Below, piece after piece: positions 1 through 9,769 of a stretch of DNA of 64,000 nt (position 1 is the stretch's first letter; each line of letters begins with the position of its first letter). The notes beneath the pieces are model-generated. The model saw only the letters and a program-made list of their open reading frames with translations, was not told where the DNA came from and made no database searches. Source of the stretch: a virus; the IMG/VR virus record IMGVR_UViG_3300030104_004245, positions 32,001 through 96,000 of that record, one strand, 5' to 3'. Position numbers and translations under genes: made by a program.

Positions 1-148
1 CAGGACATGTCATATAAAATACATATTGGTATACAGATAAATATGTATCTGGATATTTTTCCATAATATTTTTTAAAGACTTTAATGTGTAACAATGTTC
101 ACTAGGAACAACCTTACCATTTTGTATATCAAATAATTTTATTAGCAT
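1..148 (-). CDS. Conserved crAss-like phage protein, N-terminal fragment (runs off window)
   Basis: Read by hand: ATG at 148, MLIKLFDIQNGKVVPSEHCYTLKSLKNIMEKYPDTYLSVYQYVFYMTCP, open to the window edge; start overlaps the stop of the nuclease gene. Confidence 0.75.
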   Translation of the reverse strand, partial: MLIKLFDIQNGKVVPSEHCYTLKSLKNIMEKYPDTYLSVYQYVFYMTCP

Positions 149-975
149 ATTGGGTTATCTTTTAACCACATTATAAGACTTTGTACTTCATCTTTTAAAT
201 ATGGTAAATTATACATTTTAATTTCTTTTATTATAGGTTCTCCTTGATCATTATATTTGTTTATTGGATATCCAAATTTATCATCTTTTTCTTTTTCAAA
301 TATAACATGTTGAACTGTTAACTCTCCTATTTTAAGTTTAGGATTATGTTTTTTAATAACATAAGCATATAAACTTAATTGAAGATTATAATGTTTAAGA
401 TTGCAATCATCTAAATGACTAACAGGATTATACATTTTTGATGTTATACCTTCCCAATTAGTAAATCCTTTTTGTTTTATTTCTTTGTTAGTTTTATAAT
501 CAAGAATATTTATTTTACCATTTACTATTGTAACAAGATCAGCTTGTCCACATAATCCAGCAGATTTTAAATAAACAAAATGTTCTGGGTAAACTCCTTC
601 AGATAACTTTTGTTCTGGTGCAATTTTTATTCCATTTTGATCTACTATAGGTTTTATTATTGGAACTTCTGTACCATCTCTTTCTATTGTAGAAAACTCT
701 AATAATCTTTTTTCTCTTTCATCATGATACCAATTACCTAAACCTATAGCTCTTTGAGATTCACCATCCCAAGCAGCTAATATTTCTTTTGGTGTCATAC
801 CATACCATTTAGATCTTTTATTTTTAGAAGATTTTTTAGCTTGTTTTTCTGCATCAAATTTAGGTTTAAACATTCCTACAAATGATGTTACACTTGTCCA
901 TTTAATTTTATCTTTTTCAAGATCTTCATTAAGTGTTTCATATACGTGTCCGTCTGCTTTAAATATTACTGGCAT
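142..975 (-). CDS. PD-(D/E)xK family nuclease
   Basis: GQADLV...ILDYKT and HYNLQLSLY motifs. Confidence 0.85.
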   Translation of the reverse strand: MPVIFKADGHVYETLNEDLEKDKIKWTSVTSFVGMFKPKFDAEKQAKKSSKNKRSKWYGMTPKEILAAWDGESQRAIGLGNWYHDEREKRLLEFSTIERDGTEVPIIKPIVDQNGIKIAPEQKLSEGVYPEHFVYLKSAGLCGQADLVTIVNGKINILDYKTNKEIKQKGFTNWEGITSKMYNPVSHLDDCNLKHYNLQLSLYAYVIKKHNPKLKIGELTVQHVIFEKEKDDKFGYPINKYNDQGEPIIKEIKMYNLPYLKDEVQSLIMWLKDNPIC

Positions 976-1294
976 CTTTTTCTTCTTTTATTTGTTCTTT
1001 TAACATTTTTTCTGATGCAGGATCCATAACTGCTTTCCATTTTCCTTTAGGACAATCAGATGATAAAGCTCTTAATTTAAGACCTAAACTACAACCACAA
1101 TCAGCGCAGCAAGGTTGAGTTCCATTAACTGCACATTTTGATCCTACATTATCTAGTGCTGGACACATTGAGCATTCTTGCCATCTTAATTTTGCAATAG
1201 CTTCAACATCTTCATTTTTAAAAATTTTGTTTTTAACACCTTCAGCAATTTGTTTTACATTACCAAGTGCGCTTATTAATTTATTTATTCTCAT
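959..1294 (-). CDS. Cys-rich putative zinc-binding protein (DUF6171-like)
   Basis: R..CxxCP...CxxCGC...K......CPxGKW pattern. Confidence 0.7.
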   Translation of the reverse strand: MRINKLISALGNVKQIAEGVKNKIFKNEDVEAIAKLRWQECSMCPALDNVGSKCAVNGTQPCCADCGCSLGLKLRALSSDCPKGKWKAVMDPASEKMLKEQIKEEKDASNI

Positions 1295-1640
1295 TTTTAA
1301 ATTTTTTCTTTTTACTTATTAAAGTATTTAACTTTTCTAACATTTTTTCCATTTTTTCTAATTTAGCTTTTACAGGTACATATTTATCATAATCTTTATA
1401 TTTCATTTTTTGAAGATTACCTGCTATATCTTTATTTTTTTTAATTGCTTTTTCTAGTTTAGTTTTTCTTAAACTAAAAGTACCTAAATTAGAAACAGAT
1501 ATTGAAGTATGTTCTAAATTAGATAATGTTTTTCTTACTTTTGCATAGTAAAATGTAACTAAATCATCTACAACATCTTTATGCACACCAACCTCTTCTG
1601 AAACAGATTTAAAAAAACTTTTATGATTCTTTGGTATCAA
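1281..1640 (-). CDS. HU/IHF-like DNA-binding protein
   Basis: Helical N-terminus then ISVSNLGTFSLRK, matching the HU/IHF GxF strand; basic. Confidence 0.65.
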   Translation of the reverse strand: MIPKNHKSFFKSVSEEVGVHKDVVDDLVTFYYAKVRKTLSNLEHTSISVSNLGTFSLRKTKLEKAIKKNKDIAGNLQKMKYKDYDKYVPVKAKLEKMEKMLEKLNTLISKKKKFKNENK

Positions 1641-1992
1641 CTCCTAAAATTTTATAATCCAATAAAATAGTACCTTCTGTTTGTATATTCATACTATCAT
1701 TTAAATATATAGTTTTTTTATTAGATCCATCTTTAATAATTAGTTTTTTCTTTTCTGCTTTTGCAATAGCATTTCTACAAGACTGAGAGCTTTTAAATAT
1801 ATTTTTTTTAGATATATACTCACAAAATTCTGTTAACTCTTTTCTTCCTTTTTTAGCTAATTCACATAAGCAATTTAAATCAGAATTACTTATTTGTATA
1901 TTATTTAAAAAGCAATAAGTAAGGATTTGGTATTTAATAACCTCATCCTTACTTGTTTTTACTCTTTTATCTACTTTATTAACTACAGCCAT
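1621..1992 (-). CDS. Hypothetical protein, possible winged-helix DNA-binding
   Basis: 123 aa ORF overlapping both neighbours; weak HTH-like pattern SQSCRNAIAKAEKKKLI. Confidence 0.6.
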   Translation of the reverse strand: MAVVNKVDKRVKTSKDEVIKYQILTYCFLNNIQISNSDLNCLCELAKKGRKELTEFCEYISKKNIFKSSQSCRNAIAKAEKKKLIIKDGSNKKTIYLNDSMNIQTEGTILLDYKILGVDTKES

Positions 1993-2606
1993 GTTTGTAA
2001 TAGTTTATCACTTTCTAGTAGTGTATATGTAAAATTATTATTCCATGTATCTCTAGCTTTTCTACAAATTTTCATAAATAGTTTCCAATCATCATTACTT
2101 GCTATTACTTGACAACCTGCAGACCATTTATCTACTTGTGTAGATTTTTTTCCAGCCCATTTAGTTGCTCTATGAATATTAATACCAAATAAACCTTCTT
2201 GCACAGAATCTTCATTTAAGTTATAATATCCATCACGGTTATTATCTCTGTAAACTTTAACAGGTTTTTGCTGACCTAATGCTTCATATCTACCTTGATG
2301 TTTTCTAATTTTATGACTACTTCTATACTGTCCAGGTTTTAATATAGCAACACCTTCCTTTCTCATTATGTTTTCAACCCAATGAGTTCCAGGATCTGTT
2401 GTACAATCAAAACAATGGAATTGCCATTCACCATCTACTTTATAAGACAAAGTGATCTTGTCATCAAATCGGTTTGTAACTTTACCTTTTGTATTTGAGT
2501 TTCTTATACCCACAATATTAAGGTTATAGTCACCTTTTTCAAACCATTTGTAATCAGTCATTTGCTTAATAGTTTGTTCTATTTGTTCACGTGTAACTTT
2601 TAACAT
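1983..2606 (-). CDS. Putative endolysin with L,D-transpeptidase (YkuD)-like catalytic motif
   Basis: GINIHRA...WSAGCQV His/Cys motif; NIVGIR, FDD and TTDPG segments. Confidence 0.65.
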   Translation of the reverse strand: MLKVTREQIEQTIKQMTDYKWFEKGDYNLNIVGIRNSNTKGKVTNRFDDKITLSYKVDGEWQFHCFDCTTDPGTHWVENIMRKEGVAILKPGQYRSSHKIRKHQGRYEALGQQKPVKVYRDNNRDGYYNLNEDSVQEGLFGINIHRATKWAGKKSTQVDKWSAGCQVIASNDDWKLFMKICRKARDTWNNNFTYTLLESDKLLQTWL

Positions 2607-2608
2607 AA

Positions 2609-2959
2609 TTAAGTAGTTTTTTTAAGAGTTCTTTTTTTAGCTTCTAATTCCTCTTTGCTATCTTTTTTAATTTGCTCAGCTAAATTTCTAGCTCTAGTTT
2701 CTATTTCTGCTTTTTGAGCAGCATCAAATTCTTGTTTTGCAGCACTAGGTGCATCAGGAGGTCCAGCCATTGCATTTTGTACAAACATTTGAGCTTGTAA
2801 TCTTTCAGCACGTACTTTTTCAATATCTTTTAAAAGAGTTTCATACTCTAATTGAACTTTTAAAGAAGGAATATGATCATTATAATACTGAGTAATTTCT
2901 TCTCTCTTAGTTTCCAGTTCTTCTTTTGTAAGTTCTGGGTTTGGATTTTCATTTGCCAT
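2609..2959 (-). CDS. Hypothetical protein
   Basis: 116 aa helical ORF preceded by a TATATTTG motif. Confidence 0.7.
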   Translation of the reverse strand: MANENPNPELTKEELETKREEITQYYNDHIPSLKVQLEYETLLKDIEKVRAERLQAQMFVQNAMAGPPDAPSAAKQEFDAAQKAEIETRARNLAEQIKKDSKEELEAKKRTLKKTT

Positions 2960-2987
2960 TTTATAAATTTTTAAATTAATAACTAGG

Positions 2988-2995
2988 CAAATATA
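2988..2995 (-). promoter_or_regulatory. Bacteroidota-type -7 promoter element TATATTTG
   Basis: Matches TAnnTTTG; intergenic, about 28 nt before ATG 2959. Confidence 0.55.
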
Positions 2996-3038
2996 TATAA
3001 AAAAAGTTTAAATAAAAAAAGTTTAATGAAAAAATTAA

Positions 3039-3386
3039 TTATACATCAAATGATCTTACTATTTCATAGTTAAGAAAACTTGCTGCAGTATGTCCAGTAT
3101 CTGTTGATAATCTTAGTTCAAAAGTACCATCATATGAAAAAGGTGTTTTATCAAATATATCAGCACTATAATTTACTCCCATTCTAAACCATGCTCCAGT
3201 ACCTCCTAAAATATAAAAATCATTAGTTCCGTTTGTTAACCATAATCTTAATCTAATAGAACTGTTATCAGTATTATTAATTACTAAAGACTTTACATCA
3301 AGTTTTGTTGTTGAAGTATAGGTATTTCTAACTGGTCCTATTACGTTTGTTGCTCCTCCTGTATGATTAGTCTCTATTGTTTTCAT
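3039..3386 (-). CDS. Hypothetical beta-rich virion protein
   Basis: 115 aa beta-strand pattern, downstream of the fibre gene. Confidence 0.6.
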   Translation of the reverse strand: MKTIETNHTGGATNVIGPVRNTYTSTTKLDVKSLVINNTDNSSIRLRLWLTNGTNDFYILGGTGAWFRMGVNYSADIFDKTPFSYDGTFELRLSTDTGHTAASFLNYEIVRSFDV

Positions 3387-3392
3387 TTCTTA

Positions 3393-3863
3393 TTATGTTA
3401 AAATTTGTGTTCCTGTATATGTTACTGGAGCTTTACCAGTAATATCTGTAACAGTCCATATTAATACTGCAGTTCCTTTTTTTTGTCCCTTTTGTGGAGG
3501 CATTAATCTTACTTGTACGTCTAAAGAAACTCCTACTGCTATAGTAACTGTAAGACGTGGTATATTATTTCTATTAGTTGCTATATCTGCTATGTTAGTT
3601 GAAATCTTACCATTATTAACAGTAATATTTGTAGCATTGGCATCTATTCTTCCTTTTTCTTCAGTTCCAGAAAATTGTCTTAATGCATCAATATCATTTG
3701 AAATATTTTGTATTTGATATGCTAATGCTGCTAATTCCGGATGTGAATCTTTCATTTCTGAAAGTGTATTAAGATGACCCTCATCATAAAGAGCTTTTAG
3801 TTCATCTTTATCTGATCCTGTCATAGAGTGTATTGTTCCTGTTTCTTTTGCTGTTAATGCCAT
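3393..3863 (-). CDS. Hypothetical fibre-associated protein
   Basis: Coiled-coil heptads (IxxNxxxI) then a beta C-terminus. Confidence 0.6.
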   Translation of the reverse strand: MALTAKETGTIHSMTGSDKDELKALYDEGHLNTLSEMKDSHPELAALAYQIQNISNDIDALRQFSGTEEKGRIDANATNITVNNGKISTNIADIATNRNNIPRLTVTIAVGVSLDVQVRLMPPQKGQKKGTAVLIWTVTDITGKAPVTYTGTQILT

Positions 3864-3867
3864 AATA

Positions 3868-6354
3868 TTAATCTGTTAAAGTTACTGATAAGTTTGCACG
3901 TCCATATATTTGCGTTCTTATATTTCCTGATCCACTTGTTTGTCTCATGTAAAAAGTTAATGCATCTCCTACATCTAAAGTTCTATTAGCTGTTGTACCA
4001 TTAAATGTAAAAGTTTTTTTGTATGGAACATTTTCATTATAAGTTGCAGAAGCTATATTAGTTGCAGTTACTGCTGTTAAAGTTACTGCTGTTGTTGTTC
4101 CATCTCTTAAAGTATGTTTTGTAAAACCAAACTCTTGATCAGCAGTTGTAGGTGTATAAGTAGAAGAAGCCCAATACCAAGAAAATAAAAGTGAATCTAA
4201 TAAAACCTTTTCTGTGGCTACAAAACATGGCATTCTAGCTGAGTATTGATCATAACTTGTACTTAATGTAGTATTAGGAGCAACTCCACTTCCAAAAATA
4301 GAAAGAGTAGATGTACTACTTGTAGCCCAACTACTAGCATTCCATAAATAGAATTGATAAGAGTAAGGACTTTCTATAGAAATTATTTGTTTATAACCTT
4401 TAGATTGTAAAGCAAAGGTTCCGCTTTCTTCTGGTAAAACTATTGCTTTATCAGCACTTACAACATCTGGAACTTTAACTGTAATACTATGAGAACTATC
4501 TTCATCTTTAAATACTAAATTAGCTCCACCACTTCCATTATTTCCATATAATGTTGTAATACCAAGTTGTATTTTAGACATAGGGGTAGCACCATCCTTA
4601 AAATCAACATCTCCACCATCAGCATTTATTTCTATATCACCGGCAGAATCTAGTATAATAGCTGGTGCGGTTATTGCTACTTCAACTGGAGAAGAAATTT
4701 CAAGTTCTCCAACAGTACCTGGAAAAAGAGATGCAGGAGTATTTCCACCTTTTCTTAAGTCTATACGTCCATTAAAAGCATCTAAATCTATAGGACCTGC
4801 AGAATCAATTGTAATTCTACCATTAGCACCTCCATGATCATTATTCTTCATTATAACTGTTCCGTCAACTCCATGATCTATTCTAAAAAAGTTTCTACTA
4901 TTATCTAGATTCTTCATAAAGAATACATTATCAGTAACTATACCATTAGGATTAGCAAAAAAACTAAGCATTTCTGTCAAACTTCCAACAGAACTTCCTC
5001 CTCCAGGATTAGGAGCCTTATGACCCATAAACGTATAATATCCACCAACTCTTGCTCCTGTACCACTACCACTACTAAACTGCATTCTTCCTGCTCTTAT
5101 ATCTGTACCAGCACCACTATTACCATTTGTTAGAAAATAATCTGTTCCCCTATTTCCAGTAGATTTATTTGGAGATGAAAGATTACAACCTATTGCAACT
5201 GTATCTCCTATTACTGCTGTACCAATTGTACCAGAAATTGAATATTTAAAAGTAGCTTCATCAGTAACTGGACTTGTACCACTTCCTGTAAGTACACTAT
5301 TAGAACCTAAAGTATTTTTTCCTGTACCTCCGTTAGTTACTGGTAAAATACCTGTAACACCATGAGTATTATTAGCTGTACCATCAAAACTTACAGCAGA
5401 TGTACTAGCTAAATCTGTTTGAAAATCTCTTGCTGTAGCTAAAGCTGTTGCTGTAGCAGATGTACCAGAATATCCTGCTGAAGTTATACATCCTAAAGAT
5501 GTACCATGATCTTTAAAGCATATATTACCTGTATCAGCATCTAAAGTTATATCTCCATCTGCATCTAATGTAATATGACCAGTCATTGCAGTATGATCAT
5601 GACTACTTATTGTAAATGCTCCTGTATTAGACATTGCTAATTTAGCATAATCAGCAGTACCACTAGCAATAGTATGTCCAGGACCATATAAAGTAAATGA
5701 AGATTCAGTAGTGGCAAGTTGTTGTAATGTAGCTAGATCAAATATATTTTGTGCCGTAACACCACTGGCTCCTAGTACATTTGAACTTTTAAAAGTAAAT
5801 TTTCCAGGAGTACCTGTTCCAGTACCTAAACCTGCTCTAAAATCAATATCCCCTCCAGCTACATCAGTACCTGCTCCATTACCGCCTATTAAAGTTAATT
5901 CACCTCCAGCTCCAGTTGTATTAGCTGATCTTTCTATTTCCACCCTGCTAGATGATGCATTAGTGCCTAATGTTAAGGTACTACCTGAAAATCTAAGTCT
6001 TCCTTCAGCAGTTAATGTACCATTACCGTTTGATGTTAAAACTTTATCTGCAGCATCACCAGTAATAATTTCTGTAATATCTAATTCTATTGTATCTGCA
6101 GCACTACCATCCCATGTAGATCCTCCAGAAGTAAGATCTAAACCAGTTCCTACAGTTAATGCATAAGGTGTAGCAACGCCATTAGGTACCCAACTTAATG
6201 CACCACTTCCGTTAGTTTGTAATACTTCTCCAGCATTTCCATCAGTAGTTGGAAGAGTTAAAGTGTAACTATAAGCATAGGGATCTGGTGGTTTAATAAG
6301 AACCCCACCAATTAATAGATCATCAAAATATTGATGTTTTCCTAACCATCTCAT
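3868..6354 (-). CDS. Tail fibre/spike protein
   Basis: 828 aa rich in G/T/A/S; TLTLPTTDG..GEVLQTNGSGALSW and GILPVTNGGTG fibre motifs; repeated ITLDADGDI-like units. Confidence 0.8.
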   Translation of the reverse strand: MRWLGKHQYFDDLLIGGVLIKPPDPYAYSYTLTLPTTDGNAGEVLQTNGSGALSWVPNGVATPYALTVGTGLDLTSGGSTWDGSAADTIELDITEIITGDAADKVLTSNGNGTLTAEGRLRFSGSTLTLGTNASSSRVEIERSANTTGAGGELTLIGGNGAGTDVAGGDIDFRAGLGTGTGTPGKFTFKSSNVLGASGVTAQNIFDLATLQQLATTESSFTLYGPGHTIASGTADYAKLAMSNTGAFTISSHDHTAMTGHITLDADGDITLDADTGNICFKDHGTSLGCITSAGYSGTSATATALATARDFQTDLASTSAVSFDGTANNTHGVTGILPVTNGGTGKNTLGSNSVLTGSGTSPVTDEATFKYSISGTIGTAVIGDTVAIGCNLSSPNKSTGNRGTDYFLTNGNSGAGTDIRAGRMQFSSGSGTGARVGGYYTFMGHKAPNPGGGSSVGSLTEMLSFFANPNGIVTDNVFFMKNLDNSRNFFRIDHGVDGTVIMKNNDHGGANGRITIDSAGPIDLDAFNGRIDLRKGGNTPASLFPGTVGELEISSPVEVAITAPAIILDSAGDIEINADGGDVDFKDGATPMSKIQLGITTLYGNNGSGGANLVFKDEDSSHSITVKVPDVVSADKAIVLPEESGTFALQSKGYKQIISIESPYSYQFYLWNASSWATSSTSTLSIFGSGVAPNTTLSTSYDQYSARMPCFVATEKVLLDSLLFSWYWASSTYTPTTADQEFGFTKHTLRDGTTTAVTLTAVTATNIASATYNENVPYKKTFTFNGTTANRTLDVGDALTFYMRQTSGSGNIRTQIYGRANLSVTLTD

Positions 6355-6563
6355 TTTTTAGCAAATTTCTCAACGCCGCTAATTCCAAAGCAGCCAAGAA
6401 CTACCCAAACAAATGAATCATAAACAAATTCATTAATTACTAAGTCTTTACCTACCCAGCCTGTTACAAGATCAGCAACCATTATTAAACACATTATTAA
6501 AAAAGCTACAAAACCTATTATAGACTTTTCATTCCAATTGTTATTATCTTTAAATATATTCAT
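6351..6563 (-). CDS. Small two-TM membrane protein, holin-like
   Basis: Two hydrophobic segments, basic C-terminus EKFAKK. Confidence 0.6.
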   Translation of the reverse strand: MNIFKDNNNWNEKSIIGFVAFLIMCLIMVADLVTGWVGKDLVINEFVYDSFVWVVLGCFGISGVEKFAKK

Positions 6564-6567
6564 GATG

Positions 6568-6575
6568 CAAATATA
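6568..6575 (-). promoter_or_regulatory. Bacteroidota-type -7 element, likely leaderless transcript
   Basis: TATATTTG ends 4 nt before ATG 6563. Confidence 0.5.
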
Positions 6576-6598
6576 ATATAAATTATCTAGTTAGCAAA

Positions 6599-6898
6599 TT
6601 ATAAAACATTATTAGGACCTATTTGCATTCCATAAGGACAGCCGCAACCTTGAACAGAACCTCCATGCCCTTTTTTATACTTGCTAACTCTACCTTTTGT
6701 TTTCTTTTCTTTTTTAGCAGCAGCTTTTTCTGAGTCACTTAATTCACTCCACGTAGAAGGAGTATCTTTACTTACTTTTTTTGTAGGTCTAAATGTAGTA
6801 TCTCCACCACTATAATCTTTATCACCAGATGGTGTTCTCCAATCCTCTTTAAACCAACGTCTAAGAGCAGCTCCTTTTGCAGATTTACGTACAGCCAT
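6599..6898 (-). CDS. Small basic phage protein (RWFKEDW...RPTKKVS..TP) with GPNNVL tail
   Basis: ORF track; coupled TAATG junction. Confidence 0.7.
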   Translation of the reverse strand: MAVRKSAKGAALRRWFKEDWRTPSGDKDYSGGDTTFRPTKKVSKDTPSTWSELSDSEKAAAKKEKKTKGRVSKYKKGHGGSVQGCGCPYGMQIGPNNVL

Positions 6899-7092
6899 TA
6901 TTTTTTCTTTTTATTACCCCAGTTAGCAGCACCAACTTTACGGCATTTAGCTAAGGCACCACTAGCATATGCAGATGGCCAAACACTATATCTAGATTTT
7001 ACTTTACTATAGCATGCATCTTTAGTTGCACCACCTTTCTTTTTTTTATCTTTTAAAACTTTTTTAAGTACACTCATAATTAACAATTCCAC
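6898..7092 (-). CDS. Small basic phage protein (KDACY...WPSAYASGAL..CRK)
   Basis: Recalled as a domain common in aquatic phages; true start probably ATG 7077. Confidence 0.7.
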   Translation of the reverse strand: MELLIMSVLKKVLKDKKKKGGATKDACYSKVKSRYSVWPSAYASGALAKCRKVGAANWGNKKKK

Positions 7093-7394
7093 TTTTTTAG
7101 AGATAGACTTAATCTGTCTTTCCCTGTGTTATTACTAGGTTTTTGTCTTTTTCTCATACCGCGCATTCTAGCACAAAATGATTTTTTTCTTTTTTTCTTT
7201 TTACCTTTAGGGTTTTTTTCAGTTACAGGAGGTTTTAAATTATCTCCTTGTTTTTTTGCAGATGCCCTGCCTTTAGCATTTAATCCACCAGAAGGACTTT
7301 GACCTTCTTTACGTTGCCATGCAGGAGTAGATCCTCCTTTTTGGTACATACCTGGCACACGCATGCCTCTATCATTATAAACTGGATTCATCAT
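7080..7394 (-). CDS. Small basic protein, DUF6321-like
   Basis: GGLNAKGRAS...SFCARM...KWNC pattern. Confidence 0.7.
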   Translation of the reverse strand: MMNPVYNDRGMRVPGMYQKGGSTPAWQRKEGQSPSGGLNAKGRASAKKQGDNLKPPVTEKNPKGKKKKRKKSFCARMRGMRKRQKPSNNTGKDRLSLSLKKWNC

Positions 7395-7627
7395 TTCTTT
7401 TTCTTTTTAGGTTTATCATGCCCCCAACCTTTAGCACTTAAATCTAAATGTTCTTGGCAAGATTTTGTCATTTTACTTTTACCAGTTTTAGAATCATACA
7501 TCATATGATTTTTATAACCTTCACAATTTACTTTATTTGCTATTTTTCTTTTTTCTCCTCCTTTTTGATATTTTTTAGAACCACCCTTACCATAGGTCAT
7601 TCCAGCTTTTTTCATGTTATTTGGCAT
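7391..7627 (-). CDS. Small basic phage protein (HMMYD...HLDL..KGWGH)
   Basis: ORF track; ATGA overlap with next gene. Confidence 0.7.
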   Translation of the reverse strand: MPNNMKKAGMTYGKGGSKKYQKGGEKRKIANKVNCEGYKNHMMYDSKTGKSKMTKSCQEHLDLSAKGWGHDKPKKKKK

Positions 7628-7645
7628 AATTTTAAATTTTAATTG

Positions 7646-8026
7646 TTAAAAACTTTTACGTTTACCTCCATCATATTTAACGGCATGACCTTCTTTTACG
7701 AGACAGTCATTTACGCAAACTTGAGTGAGTGTTTCTTTCCCAGCTAGTTTGTTTATATGTAATCTACCAATAACTCTACCAAATTTACCAAGCTCTGTAG
7801 ATTCTAATTCAAAACAGTTAGCAGCTCCTTCCATTAATTCTTTTAATCTTTCTTTTGCAGCCAACCCTAATTTCTTTTCAACTTTATTTCTTGTTCTAGA
7901 CTCAGGAGCGTTAATACCTCCTAGTCTTATTCTTTTAGTAACCTTAATATCAAAACCAAGATCTATTTCTGCATCAATAGTGTCACCATCCACTACTCTG
8001 ATACATGTTGCATTATAATTATACAT
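7646..8026 (-). CDS. Thermonuclease (SNase-like)
   Basis: RVVDGDT, RIRLGGINAPE, GKFGR motifs. Confidence 0.9.
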   Translation of the reverse strand: MYNYNATCIRVVDGDTIDAEIDLGFDIKVTKRIRLGGINAPESRTRNKVEKKLGLAAKERLKELMEGAANCFELESTELGKFGRVIGRLHINKLAGKETLTQVCVNDCLVKEGHAVKYDGGKRKSF

Positions 8027-8330
8027 TCTTCAATTCTTTATTTTTTAACTTTAGCAACTCTGCACACTTTTCATAATCTTCATGATATTCAAAATGATCT
8101 ATCATATCATCATAAAGATCTTCATCAGGCTCTTCACCTGGATCATGCATAAGCATTGCCTTCATTCCAAATTGTGATTTTTTTTCCATCAACACATCCA
8201 TTGTTGTTTTTTTTGTAATTATAAGGTACGAGTTCTCAAACGCTCTATCAAGCAACATCTGCTCAACCTCATATTTTTCTGTTTCACTCATTTCCGGGAG
8301 GAAATCATCTGGATCCTGATCTTTAGACAT
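8019..8330 (-). CDS. Hypothetical acidic protein with C-terminal UVR-like motif
   Basis: EDYEKCAELL. Confidence 0.65.
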   Translation of the reverse strand: MSKDQDPDDFLPEMSETEKYEVEQMLLDRAFENSYLIITKKTTMDVLMEKKSQFGMKAMLMHDPGEEPDEDLYDDMIDHFEYHEDYEKCAELLKLKNKELKNV

Positions 8331-8448
8331 AGTTTATTTTTTTAAGGTTGCTAATATAATGAAAAAAAATTGAAGAAGTAGAGACTTGTTAGTTATATAA
8401 CTAGATTGGGCCCGCCCTAACAGAGGTCTCTATAATCTTCAAAAAATG

Positions 8449-8928
8449 TTACGGAGTAAGATCGTTGCCAGCCTCATCATTAAGAGCTCTTCTGTCAACG
8501 TTAATACTAGCACATGCTGAAATACTTGACGAAAGGAACTCACCAGCACCTTGCGAATCTGCAACCGTAATAAAGCCACTTGCATCAGCAGATCTTTTCC
8601 ATGCAGGATCATCTCCGCTAAAACCAGAGTTAATTGCATTTACAATCTCTTTAAATACTGCAGGGCCTAAACCCGAAGCAACAGTTAAAACAACTTCAAT
8701 GTTACCTGAAGTCTGTATAACTGGATCAGTAGCACCAATAGCTCCGGCTGTCAATGTTTTCTTTTGGGCCAGATGTCTAATAACGCTCCCGTCAAATATT
8801 AAACTAAGTGATAAAGCTGTTTTCTTACGCATAGCTAATAACTTATCTGCACGAACACAGATACTGTTATCATTAGCCACCCTAAAGAATAGATACTTAT
8901 CACTAGTTCCATAATTTATGTTTGCCAT
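8449..8928 (-). CDS. Hypothetical protein
   Basis: 159 aa, AT-rich leader typical of this genome, same strand as the downstream block. Confidence 0.7.
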   Translation of the reverse strand: MANINYGTSDKYLFFRVANDNSICVRADKLLAMRKKTALSLSLIFDGSVIRHLAQKKTLTAGAIGATDPVIQTSGNIEVVLTVASGLGPAVFKEIVNAINSGFSGDDPAWKRSADASGFITVADSQGAGEFLSSSISACASINVDRRALNDEAGNDLTP

Positions 8929-9263
8929 GATTAAAAATTTTAAAGTTAATAAATATTTATATACTTGTTGTTTTTTAAATATACGCCCCCGTCAATTATC
9001 TACGATGTTATAAAAAACCCAATCACACACAATATCAAGGTTAATATATTATTTCAAAGGGCAGCACAAACCTTTTTGTAAAGGATGGGTATGCCCCAAA
9101 AACTCTTTCTATATATATAATATAATAAAAAATTGTCCCATATAAAAACAAAAGTTGTGTGTTTTGCATTCTGAGTGGGTCCCTCTGTGCTACTCCCCTA
9201 CTTAAATTCGGTGGGCATGGTGCCCCCATAATTAAATATTTATAAATTAAAATCTTAAAACAA

Positions 9264-9737
9264 ATGAAAAATTTATTAGAGCTTGGTAAACAAGTAAAAC
9301 AATGGTACGTTCACTCAATTACAGATAAAGGTATGATTACTTTGAGATCTACAATTGATAAACCTACAGAGAATGTAGTGGAATTCTTCAACACTGATAC
9401 AGGCAAGAAAGAGAAGTTATATACGCCATCAGGCGGGGATACTATCTATGCTTGTGCTGTAATTAGAAAGAAGTTAGCACAAAAGGTTAAAGATCCTAAC
9501 ACAGGTAAGATGGTTAACAAGAGAGTAACTCGCACAAAGAAGGAACTTCTTGCATTAGCTTACAGTAAGAAAGGAGAGAAAGTAATCCAAGTAGGTAAAG
9601 AACCATTAGGTCCTAACGGTGATCCATTATTTGTTTGGAAGAATGAAATGTGCATGGACACTATTGTTGACAAGGAAACAGGTGCTAAAACCAAAGTTCC
9701 TTCTGATACTTTCCAATGGCTTAAGTTTAACTCTTAA
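9264..9737 (+). CDS. Hypothetical protein, first gene of the plus-strand block
   Basis: 157 aa, A-rich leader, followed by a terminator. Confidence 0.75.
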   Translation: MKNLLELGKQVKQWYVHSITDKGMITLRSTIDKPTENVVEFFNTDTGKKEKLYTPSGGDTIYACAVIRKKLAQKVKDPNTGKMVNKRVTRTKKELLALAYSKKGEKVIQVGKEPLGPNGDPLFVWKNEMCMDTIVDKETGAKTKVPSDTFQWLKFNS

Positions 9738-9744
9738 GTCTATT

Positions 9745-9769
9745 GCCTGTAGTTAATTCTACAGGTTTT
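9745..9769 (+). terminator. Intrinsic terminator
   Basis: CCTGTAG-ttaatt-CTACAGG then TTTT. Confidence 0.6.

Noticed and set aside
7646-7680. KYDGG at the thermonuclease C-terminus as one of the GG tags
   Set aside because: YxGG+basic endings are typical of this nuclease family itself
8378-8433. Imperfect hairpin TAGAGAC.TGTTAG...CTAACA...GTCTCTA
   Set aside because: Most simply a 3' end or terminator structure of gene 8449-8928; nothing else supports a separate RNA
5711-8914. Plus-strand ORFs 5711-6166, 7299-7508, 7448-7642, 7725-8018, 8465-8914 and similar short antisense ORFs elsewhere
   Set aside because: Shadows of well-supported opposite-strand genes, with no motifs
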